The position numbers and the translations under genes were made by a program. The notes under the pieces were generated by a model. That model had not been told where the DNA came from and searched no databases. It saw nothing but the letters and a program-made list of their open reading frames with translations. Positions 34,701 to 47,338 of a stretch of 64,000 bases of DNA are shown here, one piece after another. Origin of the DNA: Azolla caroliniana (taxonomy: Eukaryota > Plantae > Polypodiophyta); NCBI GenBank assembly GCA_043228905.1, contig JBHGNT010000015.1, positions 4,526,001 to 4,590,000 of the forward strand, in the 5' to 3' direction. Each line of letters starts with the position of its first letter. Position 1 is the stretch's first letter.

Positions 34701-36052
34701 AGGTGAGAGTGATGCACAACTTATCCGTGGTAGATGCTCCATTGGTGAGGATCATTTGTGGGGTAACTTAAGTTCTTTGATAGATGATGGTACATGGTTG
34801 GCAGTGCGGGTGGCAGTGTTGGAGGGTAAGTGTTGGCAATTGAACCCAGATCCTAAGACATTGGATCATGATTGTAAAATATGGCTTTTCGATAACAAGC
34901 CCTTATATGAGTTGGAGTGGGATCCATCGGAGGTATGGTAGCAGACACCAGGAACAAACAACTTGAAAAAGTTTTTTGAGTACAATACCAAGCTAGGAAG
35001 ACGAATCATTGGGTCCAAAACCGTGGGTGTTGTAATGATTTGCAATAGTTGGAAGGATAAAGACATTTCAAACAACGATTTGAAGTCATTTTGGAGGAGA
35101 CTATGGGCATTGGATATGCCAGAAAAAATTAAGGCTTGGTTGTGGCTTCTTAGCCACAAGGCGGTACCTGTAGGTGAGTGGTTGAGCTCCCATGGTGGTG
35201 AGGCTGGGTGTAAGTTATGTGGACATGCTTTGGAATCAATCTCTCACTGTTTTTGGAATTGTATAGAGGCAATTACCATTTGGAGTAGAAGCCATCGAAT
35301 CGTGGCAGCCTGTGGTGTGAAAGGGAACGTTGTGTGGGGCTCAATACAAGGACTATCCCTAAAAGGGGAAAGCTGGGGTGAACGGTTAAACCCACAAGGA
35401 CATGGATTTATAGTGCAAGGTGGTAGCATGTTCCAATGTGATGGGGTGAGACCAGGTACAAATTTTGAATTTTTTGAGTAGATTTGGCTTATGGTGGCGT
35501 GTTTAACGGCCTGACACATCTAGATCATGCGTTGTAAGTTTGTTTTTCAGCAGCAAAAGCTCTCATGTGAGGAGATAATGTTAAATATCTGGTTTGATCT
35601 TGTGGCTTGGTTGTGCGGTCGGTATGATTTGATTCAAGGGGAATCAGAAGAAGCAGAAAGGGCAAGGTCAAAGTTCTTGCTGAAATGGAGCAGCTCTCCC
35701 ATGCTAGTCAAATCTTCATCGAGGCCTAAGTGGAATTACCATGCACCTAGGTGGTTGTTTCCACCGATGGCTCCCAATATTGTACATGGGTTGTAATTAT
35801 GTATGTATAGCTGACACAAGCATGCGTTAGTATAGTCATGTTACCCAGATAGTGTGGAGTCGGGGTAAAATATGGTTTATTTCAGTTTTGTTTGAGTTAA
35901 GGATCGGTTGAGTTTTTTGTTGTTTTTGTTTGATAGTTTTGGAGTTGTTCCTCCAAGTTGTATATGTTGATCCCATTGTGGATTTGGGTAAACTCTGTTG
36001 TATTCTATTTGCTAACTAATGTGAAGTAGTGTTTTTTTTTGGAAAAAAAAAA
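31735..36052 (+). mobile_element. 5'-truncated degenerate L1-type LINE (RT + zf-RVT) with A tail
   Basis: CPGSDGL, LDFEKAYDRVQW, YADDTML, KYLGF, SLAGRVVVVN, CKLCGHALESISHCFWNC; ends T9-GG-A10. Confidence 0.9.
32374..33295. mobile_element. Non-autonomous hAT element (MITE) with (CT)n/(CA)n core
   Basis: 16-bp TIR TAGGGAT(C/T)GGCAACGG, 8-bp TSD GTCTCATG (32366-73, 33296-303), subterminal aaaccg/taagcc repeats; interrupts the LINE RT at CLM|LDFEKAY. Confidence 0.95.
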
Positions 36053-36109
36053 TTTAGTAGCTTTTATATAATTTGAGAAAAAGAAGAATATGCATGTTTA
36101 CATTTTTAA

Positions 36110-36893
36110 GGAGACATTAAGAGTTCTTGAGAAATTATCACCAAGTTTTGGAAAAAAATCTGGAAACAACATGCACGACAAATCACCACTTTCCAATGGC
36201 TATTAATACATAGGTCACTACCGGTTGGTGCATGGCAGTGTGGGAACCTTAACTCTCCTAATTGTGTAGCGTGCCCAAATGCAATAGAATCAATCCGACA
36301 CGCTTTGTGGGACTGCCCAGAGTCCCATCGAATATGGCAGGGGGTTGGCCGCTTATTGCAATTATGCCAGGTGCAAGGCTTAATCAAGTGGGGAAATATA
36401 TGTTGGCTATCATGGTAGGCCCCACTTGACAGATATGAGCATCAGGAGGGGATGGTTTTTGTGATAAAAGCACAAGAGGTTTTTTTCTCCACCATCGACA
36501 ATGTCCACTCAACTCCTATCAATGCCAAATCTCAAGTTGTGTTGGAGTTGGTCAGCCCAATAACTCTTTGGACTCTATGGAAACAACGATGTAGACGGGT
36601 CTTCTCCAACCAAACCGAGCAACCAATAGTGTTAATGCAAGAGATATGGAGTGAAGTTGTAGCCACACTAAAAAGCCAATATGATGGCCTCAAGGGCGAC
36701 TTTGATGGAGTTGAAAGACAACGACTAGCCTTTATCCAGCAATGGTCGACCTCCCCCTTTATTGAGTCGGTTGGCATCCACATAAGATGGACCTATCGTG
36801 TCCCGACAGGGATTTGTATATATTAATCTTATATGTAAATTTTTATAACTAATGGAATGAGTTTTTTTGGGAAAAAAAAGAAAAAGAAAAAAG
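36110..36893 (+). mobile_element. LINE 3' fragment with zf-RVT and A-rich tail
   Basis: CVACPNAIESIRHALWDC, TLWTLWKQRCRRVF; homologous to 23160-23930; tail tttttttgggaaaaaaaag. Confidence 0.85.
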
Positions 36894-39289
36894 AGTTCTC
36901 GAGAAATATTGTTAATTTAAATATAAGAAACTATAGATATCCCAAGTCTCTACAAATTATAAACATTTTTTTAACAGACATTATGTGCTATGCAAAATGT
37001 GTCCAATATAAAACATAAGAAACTTTAGATATTCTAATTCCTCGCAAATTATCATAGAGAGAGAGTCCTCAGGCTACCCTAAACTCCTAGAATTAAATAT
37101 ATAGGCATGACGGTGTTTGCTCTTGTAGCATGGAGGTTATGGGTTTAGTTGTGCTGCACGAAGGGGTTCAATGATGTGTTCATAAAAAAAATTAGTTTCA
37201 AATCATGCATAATGAAAGTTTTCTTACAAAATAATGGCTTTACAACACATGGATCGATACTTTTTTCACAATACAAAGAATATGAACAATAGGATTTCTC
37301 TTTAACGGCAATGTTATATCAAGATATAGAAATATTGTTGGGTTGAAGTGGACCGTTTCCTAGCCAAAGAACCATTCGTATCTCTCTCATTCGTCACATC
37401 CCCAAAAGATGAGATAGTTTAAACAAAAGCTCCTTGGATAGTAGAACGTTTGTGTTGGATTTTGAAATATATATTTACAATAATTCACTACCTTCCTTTA
37501 TATAAATAAGTCTATATATTTTAGCATTGAACAAAAAGACAACATTTATGGTATGAGAGCAAAAAATGAGCTAATATAAGTTGGATTGCACGACTATCTA
37601 AAAATGTAAATCCATATTAAAATTAGCTTAAACATTTCATACCATGTTGGTGGTGATAATTATGATGTTTCAATTGGAGCCACTCCATAATAAGCGATAA
37701 TTTGGGGCGAGAATCCAACCAAATTTGTGGTTATCAAGGCCCACCTGCAATGACAATAGTTGTTGCACCTGCCCTTGGAGGGGCAACCCATGTTTGCTCT
37801 CTTGTTGCTTTTTCCTCCTATGTGGAAATTTCCCATGGATTTTAAATTCCATGAATACCCTTCGTGGGATTTAATTCCACGAGTGCCCCTTCATGGAATT
37901 TAACTTCCACGAATGTCCTTTTGGGTTTGTGTTTGTTAAATTGATTCCAAGAAGGCCTTGGGTTTTCCTCTTGGAATCACTTCCCACCAAGGCTTTGGGC
38001 TCTCTTCATGGATTCAAACCATTAACGATGGGTTCTTCACTTAAGCCACCTACGAGAGTTGTCCATATGGTGGTATACCCAAGTTGTGACTCAGTGTAGC
38101 ATGTTCGACTCCCGACGATCATAGTTTTCCCTATATGATGTAGTTGATGCTTTGGTGTTCGGATTTCCGAGCTCAAAATTGTATCTTGATCATCTCATAG
38201 TGTTTTTTGTTGATGGTGATGGAATTGCTAGGATTCAAAGGTCGGAATAAATTCATCATCTTGTATGAAAATAACAACTCTTTACATAGATTTCCTCTTG
38301 GGTATTGGAATTTTGAACTGAAAATTCGGTGGTGATCATTGGTCAATAGTGAATCACACAGTTATAGTAGATCTTCCGAATGTTTATAGTTGTACATGAG
38401 CAAATTTTATATTAGTTCTTAAGCATTCCCGAATGTTGGAGCAAGATACAATTGAGTTCAATATCCTCTTTCCCTTTACATGGTTGTGTGAATTAAAGAA
38501 GACAGAAGATTGAATAGCGGTAGTGTTGGAGCTATGCTTGAGTTTTGGCATAGTTTTCTATGGACAATGACCATGTTGCCTCTTGTCATCGCAGGCTTCT
38601 TAAACACTCTGTGATTTGCTTTACCTTATCAAACCAAATCTCAGCATAACTTCTGCCATGAATCTTAAATCCCATCCCCCCTATATTGTGAACCCTCTTG
38701 CTCCTTTAATAGCATCATGGAGCTCCTCTCCCCAATAAAAATAGTGGCACCTCTTTTAACATTGTCATGTGTGGGGAGTTCACAAGAGGGAATGCATAAA
38801 ACTCAGGATACATGAAAGGTTTGATAGATAGAGCAAAAGTATGACAAGAAGGACATGAGGCAAGATGAAACTTAAGATAATAAAATAGATATAGCTCAAT
38901 TGGCAAGAGCTAACTCTCATAACAATAAAGACAAAGGTCAGAATCCTATTTGGACCATGAGATGCATTATGTGGACTTCCAATGGATCAAACGAAAGGAA
39001 TGTGTATGGATGATCAAAGTGAGGTGCATTCTAAAATAAGAATCTACTATTCTTATTTTGCATGAGCTCAAGAAACCTATAAAAGGGATAAAGGGTTCAT
39101 TCTTTGGGGGGGGGGGGAATTTTGGGACGAGGCCAAAGCGTAGCCAAAAGTTAAAACTTTACTTGAGTAAAGCTTATTCAAGCTTTCACTTAAATCAAGG
39201 AAACCATGTGACTCCAGCTTTCAACTCGAGTCAAGGAGCTTCCTAGAGCTTTGTTGATGTTGTCCACATTTGTCTTTGACCTCCATAGG

Positions 39290-39500
39290 TGATGTTAGCC
39301 ACTATCATTCTTAGTCTTCTTGATGGAGATTTGAGTGTGACAGTTAAATTATCACACTTGCCTAACAAGTCATCATACTTCTCACGAATTAACTTATATG
39401 TTGAGCATGCGAGAAGTAAATGATATTCATCCTCCACTAAGTTTTCGTCACATAACTTGCATATCTTCTTAGTTGGGGTGATGACGCCATGATTTCACCT
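39290..39500 (-). mobile_element. Short non-L1 LINE C-terminal CCHC fragment
   Basis: Reads KICKLCDENLVEDEYHLLLACSTYKLIREKY, a typical LINE ORF2 C-terminal Cx2C..EDExH..C finger. Confidence 0.65.
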
Positions 39501-40219
39501 CAACTCAGAAGTGTTGTATAGTGTGCGCGCGGGTGAAGAGATAGATAGACAGATATCTTTTTAACGTCCACAAAAGACAAATTACCAAGAATACACAAGA
39601 ATATTGACTATCGATTAGCTAGGGGGCGTGAGTGTGTGAGCAAGAGAGAGAATTATGTCGATAGACTAACAATCATCATAAAACCAACGCACCAAGTGGG
39701 CTTTATATACAAGTCCTAATGGACTATTACATTAAGTGTGGTAGGTGAAGTCTAGTTATAAACATCCACTCGAATATGATTCTGCCATAAGAATTATAAT
39801 ATTCTTTGACCATATTTAGCTCTTTCGTCACATGTTGAGTTTGTGTTGGGTTTATCATGGTTCTCATCTTCAAATGTCTAGCCTTCGTCGGGCTTTCCAC
39901 ATAACAAACATAGATCTACCAACCAATTGTGTGATGAGTGTAGAATCAATGGTAAGCAAGCCATATGATCAACACAACACACATACAACATAAGGGGCTT
40001 GTTTTACGCAAAAAAAACGCATCTCTTTACGAGTAGCCATACAACTTAATTTGTAGGGCATAGTCGCCGCACTTGTGCCAGAGTTTTGGCTAAAGGCATA
40101 TGTCAAGGGTCGATAGCAGTGGATGGGGCTGAGCCCAAGGCCAAGTGCCAACTTCGAGCTTTCTCCATTTTATGCCTCTCATGCTATGCTACTACTCTCT
40201 GTAAGACAACAAGCATGCG

Positions 40220-40263
<44 letters not shown>

Positions 40264-40264
40264 A

Positions 40265-40330
40265 TTAGCTTACTCTTTTGGTAAGTTGTTACATTACAAG
40301 CCACTATGTCTTGGGTTCGAAACCCAAATT
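40265..40330 (+). mobile_element. tRNA-derived (SINE-like) head
   Basis: Perfect T-arm ttggg-TTCGAAA-cccaa 40311-40327; weak A box ~44 nt upstream. Confidence 0.5.
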
Positions 40331-40391
40331 TACTCACCTCTCTATTATATACTTTATATATATCTCTTAATTCACTAGATGCCACTGTAGA

Positions 40392-40457
40392 ATGTAGGGG
40401 TTCAACCCATGACCTCCTGGTATCCAATGGGCAACCTTACCAACTGAGCTACATCTA
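40392..40457 (-). mobile_element. tRNA-derived (SINE-like) head
   Basis: Minus strand TAGCTCAGTTGG A box (40451-40440) and GGTTGAACCC B-like box ~44 nt downstream. Confidence 0.6.
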
Positions 40458-42718
40458 TCTAGGCTCTCTCTCTCTCTCTCTCTGTCTTTGGTGAAAACAC
40501 ACAATTATATTAATAAATGTGTGTAAAAAACACTACTTACAATGGGTGTGAGTCGTGACAATGAAGTATGGTTACCCACTAACTACACTACATGGGTAGT
40601 GGAACATGTTGAATTGCCAATAGGCAAGGCGAACACTCCACTTAGGAAAGAATTTCCACTTGCTCCAATAAAGAAAATTGTCACATTAGTACTCCCTTCA
40701 ACTTTCGTAGATATGCTTTCACTCCATGTCTACCATCGAATACAAAAGCATTGCGCATGTTCCAATTATGACACAATCCCCAATATCTCAAAAATAGAAA
40801 AACGATCTCCATCTCTGATTTTGGATCAACTTGTATAAATTGTGCAAACACCCATTGTCTAGGTGTCAAATAACACCATGATAAAACTTGCCAAATTTGA
40901 GAAATGTAACTCCAAATCTAACAAGCAATCAGACATTATATAAATCGATGAGTACTATCTTCCGTTTGAACAGTGCAAAAGAAGCAATTACCTATTATTA
41001 GTCCCAAAGGAAATCCTCCAATCAAAACTCTCCAAATAAAGACCTTTGCTACAAGTGGCAATTTCGAATGCCAACTACGTTGTAAGATCTACCACCACGC
41101 ACGATCAGATTTGTATATTTTCCATGCTTCTTTAGCCTTAGATGATAACTATCCAAGAGACTCAACAGAGAAATGATACAAAAGATTAGTAGTCACTTGT
41201 AACAACGATGTTTGACCCTGTAAATACCAATCAATCCACGATTGTTCTCCTATTTGTAGAGGTAAAGGACCTTGCATCAATGCAATATTTTGTACTTGTT
41301 GCCAAATAAACCCATAATTAGGCGGGATGTGTAATAATTGTCACGCTTCAACAAACTCCAAAATTCTTTGAGAAGGAGCATCAACTATATCTCCCACCTC
41401 TTTGACCCCCAAATGAAACAAACGATTAAATTGAGAGCGCAATCTCTCCTTTCCTGGCCAACATAATAACCGAGAAGACACAAGTAACTCTTTTTGCAAA
41501 GAATTACAATGCTCTCTACTAGATGATGGTTTCCATACACATAACAAGAGTGCTTCTTGCCATGAGGTAGCCAAGTGTTGAACACATGAAGAGCCCGGAA
41601 TCCTAAGTGAAATACATCCATTTAGTAATCGCCACAATGAAGCCTTAATCGTTGTCCTCCCATGTGTTAAACCCTTGTTCTCAATGAAATATCGAACAAT
41701 AGATATCCATGATTGTGAGTTTGAACACATGTCTTGTACATAATAATGAAAATCTACGAGCCATAATATGCATAGATAAGTTCAATATTCTTGCTCCCCC
41801 CAAGTGCTTAGGGGTTGCTAGATGATTCCACGCAACCTAAGTGATTCCCATCTTATCCCTCTTCTTCCACAACAAATATCGAAGAGGTTGCAAAACATAA
41901 TACAAAGCCTTCTTTGTCCATGGCAACAATGGCAAGTAATATAATATCATGGGTCCCATAATACATTGTACAACCTTCAAGCATACATGAAATGGCCAAG
42001 ATTGCGACTTCCAATACATGAACTTATTCCTCAACTTACTAGATATCTATTCAATCAAGTGACCATTTGTAACGTTCATTCCTAATGGATAGCCCAAGTG
42101 TCGAAAAATAGAGCATTTCTTCACCACGGATCCTTGCCATCCTAAACATTCCAAATCCCTTTTAGTACATGATATGAGACTAGACTTCCACTAATTAATA
42201 TGCCATCCGGAATCCAATGCAAATTGGTTCCATACAAGCTTCCCCTTCTCAAGATTCTCTCGTGAGGCTTGTAGAAACATGAAAGTATCATCATCCAAAG
42301 CTTGTGCTACTAGTTGCCCAGATCTCGATACCCATGAGTAACATGTCCGCCTGGTGCTGTCAAGACTTCAAGAACACGGTCTTTACACCAAATATGAGGA
42401 TTGCGCATTCGAGCAGTAGAATTTTTGGGCTACATCAAAGCCTTGATAGCATCACTAACAAGGAATGAGTAACAATAGCAAACAACAATGGGCTAAGAGG
42501 GCATCCTTGACGAACGGATATTGTGAGGACAATATCTGATGTAACTCCCCCATTAAGCATTACTCGAGACACCGCATCTTGTCCTAATAAAATATGAGAT
42601 GAGACATACGATGTCCAAAGCCCATTGTATGCATTAACCTAGAAACAAAGGACCAATTAACATGATCATAAGCTTTCTCCAAATCTAATTGCACCATAAT
42701 CAATTCTTGATGTTCGGG

Positions 42719-43226
42719 TGTAGGGAACGTAACGTAGAATGCACACATGCAGAGTACAAAAATAGAAATAGCACAAGAGACGGAGACACACAATCTTAAC
42801 GTGGAAACCCGAAATGGGAAAACCACAGGGGGTCCACAAACCTCGAGAAACAGAATCACTATGCTAAGAGGAGTACAACTAGAAGCTCTGAGGCAACGAC
42901 CTCGAGATTCTACTTCCTCAACAAACGGCTGCACAGTTACACACTCTCTCACTCTCACTCACTTCCTGTTACACAGTTACAAAGGCAACGACCTTCTAAG
43001 TAACTTTTAACAATGACCCATCATAATAACATTATGATTGCCCTAAGTACTTATACTAGTACACCTTTTGGGTTATTTACAAGTGTAGCCCATAAGGGCA
43101 TATTTCGACTATTTACAAGTATAGTCTTCCGAGTTGGCTGTCTACACGATTTAGGCTTCGGCCTCGGCCAAGCTTCTCATCAACTCGGCTCTTCTCTTCC
43201 TATTCGGAGGGACCCGTTTCCTAACA
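42719..43226 (-). mobile_element. Solo LTR related to family E, lacking a TSD
   Basis: TG...CA; shares ttaacgtggaaaccc..gggaaaaccac, gcaacgacctcgag and ggagggacc..tcc(c/t)aaca with 5304-5959; flanks tcggg/caacc differ. Confidence 0.8.
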
Positions 43227-43926
43227 CAACCTTTGGAACTAATTTAATTAGACCAACCTTCCAAGCTTGAGGCATATGACCATAATCCCAAGAATGTTGA
43301 AACATCAAAGTTAAGGGCCCCTTTAAAATGTTCGAATAGTGCTTAAAAACTTCATTTGTCAAGCCATCCCAACCAGGACTCTTACCACTACGAAGATGCC
43401 TTAAAACTGTGTCCACCTCATCCTCAATGAAATCCGCATCCAATTCATGACTAATGAGGTCATGCACAATACATCCAGCCACATCATAAAACTAATGACG
43501 TGCTCTGCTCACCTCATTTGTCATTAACAATTGTGGGTCAATCAATTGCTTAAAGAAATGAACACATATGTCAATTATTGTAGTAGGATCCACTATCAAT
43601 TCATCCCCTTGCTTCACATGTACCACATTAGATTGAGCATAAGTAGGATGTAATGCTTGGAAAAACAAATGAGATTGGCATTGATTATCTATGAGCCCAT
43701 CCCTGAGTTGTCGAATCTTAACATAACGATAACTTTGGCATTGCAACTGAGAAATAATAACATGCAATTGACTCTAGACATCCAAAAGCTCCTCATCTAA
43801 TGGTGCATGTATCAATAATGCATTACACCTCGAGAGAACTTCTGTGAATTGTCGAACAATACTTCTTCTTCGTTGAGCATTAGTTACTCCATACATATGA
43901 TGAATGATCTTAATGTTTCTTAACGT

Positions 43927-44833
43927 TGTCGTAGTGTAATTCGCACACTACGTGAAAAATTACATTTTTGGTTTCTCCGGATAGGATATGGAGTACCCAG
44001 TGAGAACCGGAAGGAAGAACCGGTGAGGACCAAAACCGATAAGGAGACTGGCAAGAGCCGGATGAAGAAGGCCGGTGAGAGTTGGTGAGAAACGGACGAA
44101 GAGGACCGGTAAGAAGGATCCGGTAAGAACCGGATAAAGAAAACCGGCGAGAACCGAATGAAGCAGAACCGGCAAGAGCCGGATGAAGAAGGCCGGTGAG
44201 AGTCTCTCACCATATGAAGAGACATATTTGTAAATAGAAGAAAGTATAAAATTATATAGTACATGCATAGGGCAAGAATCGAACCTTGCACCTCCATGTT
44301 AATAATGTTAAGCCTTATCATTATACTAGCGTATTATGAATTTTAAAGTTATACTAAACTTTATCCCATGTAAAATTTCTAGACATGCATGGTACAAAAA
44401 GTTATTCATGCATAGACACTCGAGTTAAAAGAAAAGATGAGATAGAAAGCTAATCATGCACATGCAGTGTGCATGAAAACTAAAAATAGGAAAAGCATGA
44501 TGCTTGCATGTGATAAACTTAGACTCTTCCAACACTATATAAGGAAGAGAGAAAGATGTATAGAGGTTGTTGATTATTTTACAAGGATTTTGATCAATCT
44601 AATATATTCGTGGGATTCACGATTTTTTTCCATCTATTTCTCTCTTACATTCTAAGTATCAATTAATACACTATACTCGTGGGATTCACAAGGTTCATAT
44701 CTTCTTTCAAATATTTCTCTTTCTTGCAATCGATTCATAAGGAGCCTTATCTCATGTTCTTCTTTCTCCTAGTCCAAAACCTCAGCGGTTCCCACCCGAC
44801 TCACGCAACGATCCGGAGCCGAAAGGCACGACA
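43927..44833 (+). mobile_element. Family-D solo LTR-like element
   Basis: TGTCGT...ACGACA, perfect 4-bp TSD ACGT (43923-26, 44834-37). Removal restores the LINE frame VKAWDITLRNIKI. TATATAAG ~44536. Confidence 0.93.
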
Positions 44834-46674
44834 ACGTGATATCCCATGCTTTAACTCCTTTAAGATTCACTTGTTGTGAAAAATTTACCAAAATTTGCTC
44901 CATGAGAGAATCAAAGTGAGGTTGAAGCAAAAGAGAATAGTTAAAGCATAATGGAGGCTTTCCAAGTAAGGATTTATACATGTCAATTGCATGATTACAA
45001 ACCTCCAAACAAATAAGAAAGTGATATGAAGTTCCTACATCTTGTAGAACTTTCATACAAAGTGATGTCGGTAAGAAAGAATCATCGTGCATCATATACA
45101 TTCTATCTAACCAACTCCATGTTTGTCTATGTTGAGCAGATTGGAAAGTAAAACCTGGATCATTCCCATGTGACCATGTCCAAACATCCAACTTCAGAAC
45201 CTCCATATCCAATGAATCCCAAGCAAGTTGCTCAGGATCATCCATGATTGAATGTTCAGACGTAGATTGAGATGCATCAACACACATGTTAAAGTCACCC
45301 ATAAGTAATCCTGGACGGCCCACACATAGGGTTTGAAAGAGTGAACCCCATAATGCAATATGTTGAGTGGCTTGGTTAGGGGCATAAATCCCAACCATCC
45401 ACACAACCTCGCCAAAAAAGTGATTTCTAAAACTAAAAACCGACCATAAGGATCATTATGCACCACTTGCGGATAATATTTGTCCTGCACGATTAATACC
45501 ACACCTAAATAATGATTATTAAGATGTCATACATAAAATGATGAATATCCGCACAAATGAACCGTGGATCCTGCTAACTCATGACACTTATGCTCAATTG
45601 TACATAAAACATCCCATTCTCTACTTAACAAAGTTTCCCATAATATATACTTATGAGGAGAACATGCCCCTCTCACATAATTTCCATATTACTACTTTCA
45701 TTCAATCAACAATGTTATGACTTGCTCCTCTTGAGCAACCGATGGCATGAAACTGGTCAAAGCATGTTCCAATGCTACATATGGATTTTCATGCACCACA
45801 TCCTTAGGGTTGTCTATCAAAATCTTTTGTTTAGGTTCTCTCGCTTGACGAAAACCTTGAGAATTCGATGAATTTACAACCCGTCCCAATGAACCAAATT
45901 GAAGGTGAAGGGGTAATCCCTTATCCCTAAATTGTCGTTGCTAAGGATCTTTTCGAGGACCCTCCCTAGTTCCTGAATTACCTTGCCAATTAGTCTCACG
46001 AGTAGTGGGCAAACTATTATGTTGCATATTCATTTATTTCCCCTTCGACTTGCCCTTAACCTGATGCCAATCTTTCTCAACAACATCACTACTAGTTCTA
46101 CCCAACAATTTTTTCCCAGCCCTTATCTATAACCACTAAACTTTGTTTTTCCATATCCATAGATTGAGTTCCCTTATCATTAGGGCCCAAACCTTGAAGT
46201 GAGACCTCTTTATAACCTACTCTAGGTGATGTTCCTTCATCCATAACAACCATAGTATCTGACACACCAACATCTCTTCCAAATCCTTCCTTACCATTCC
46301 CTTCATTAGGAACCTCAATAGTTGAAGGACAATGATGGTGGCACTCCATCATAAAGTGACCCCATTCACCACATCCAAAACAATGATCTACAAATGTCTC
46401 CCACTTCAATTTAAAACAAAGTCCTTTCATACCAAGTGTGTTCATACACACCCATCCTGGCCTCTTATGACTTGTATCCCATAACACACAAAATCTGCAC
46501 TTATTTGTAGCATTTGCATGTAGAGGTACCAACACTTTACCCATTTGACTCATCAACTCTGGTAAAAGTGACCATAAAAAAGTAGGCCTACAATCCACTG
46601 TTACCCAAACAGGGCATTATTGTTTTAACAAAGCATGATAATCCACTAAGGGGGACCATTGCATTACATGCACC

Positions 46675-47338
46675 CATAGATTGACACATGCATGATATTC
46701 GTGATATTCTCCATGCGCAATATTCTCAATATTCGAGAATACGAAATGGCCCCAAGAATATTAAAAAACCATTCGTTTTGCAAAATAAATATAAAATATT
46801 TATTTATTTATTTAAATAAATTTATTTTACCAAAAATGAACAATTGTTCGTTAATATATTATAGTGCCAAGAGAGTTATTAAACTTACTTTAATTAATCA
46901 ATTAATTTTTTAATTTTTTAAAAATTAATATTTTTATACTTATTATACAAATATGATTAGTATAAAATTTGAATATATGATTATTTTGAAGTACTATTTT
47001 TAATGTCAAAATAAAAATATCCATAAATTTTGAGGGAATAAAAAGTGAAAAATTAATGAGCCTTTATTTTATTTTATTTATTTATTAAAAATAAAATGAA
47101 TACCTATAACTTATAAGTTATACATTTATTATAAAAATTTAGTAGTGTCAAATCCCCAAGTCCCTCTTTTATTATCCCTATTTATTGTCAAGTTCCTTTT
47201 TTTTTATCCTAGAAAATTAAAAAAGACAGATTTTTTATTTTTTTTTTGGAGTTAAACGAATATTTGACCACCCATTCATATTCGTATTCGTTTGCATTCA
47301 AATGGGAAACCCGACGAATGCGAATATGTCAATCTATG
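46675..47338. mobile_element. AT-rich hAT MITE
   Basis: 12-bp TIR CATAGATTGACA, 8-bp TSD CATGCACC (46667-74, 47339-46), subterminal tattcg/cgaata repeats. Removal restores LINE ORF1 KRLVHVMQWS. Confidence 0.93.

Noticed and set aside
37480-39250. Possible old Gypsy gag/LTR remnant with ~30-bp repeats at 37826-37920
   Set aside because: No termini, TSD or diagnostic protein motif could be established.
43923-44837. Family D as a TIR DNA transposon with 9-bp CGTTGTCGT ends
   Set aside because: Host frames are restored only if ACGT is a 4-bp duplication and the ends are TG...CA; a TATA box and U3-like repeats favour an LTR. A Ginger-like DNA element is not fully excluded.
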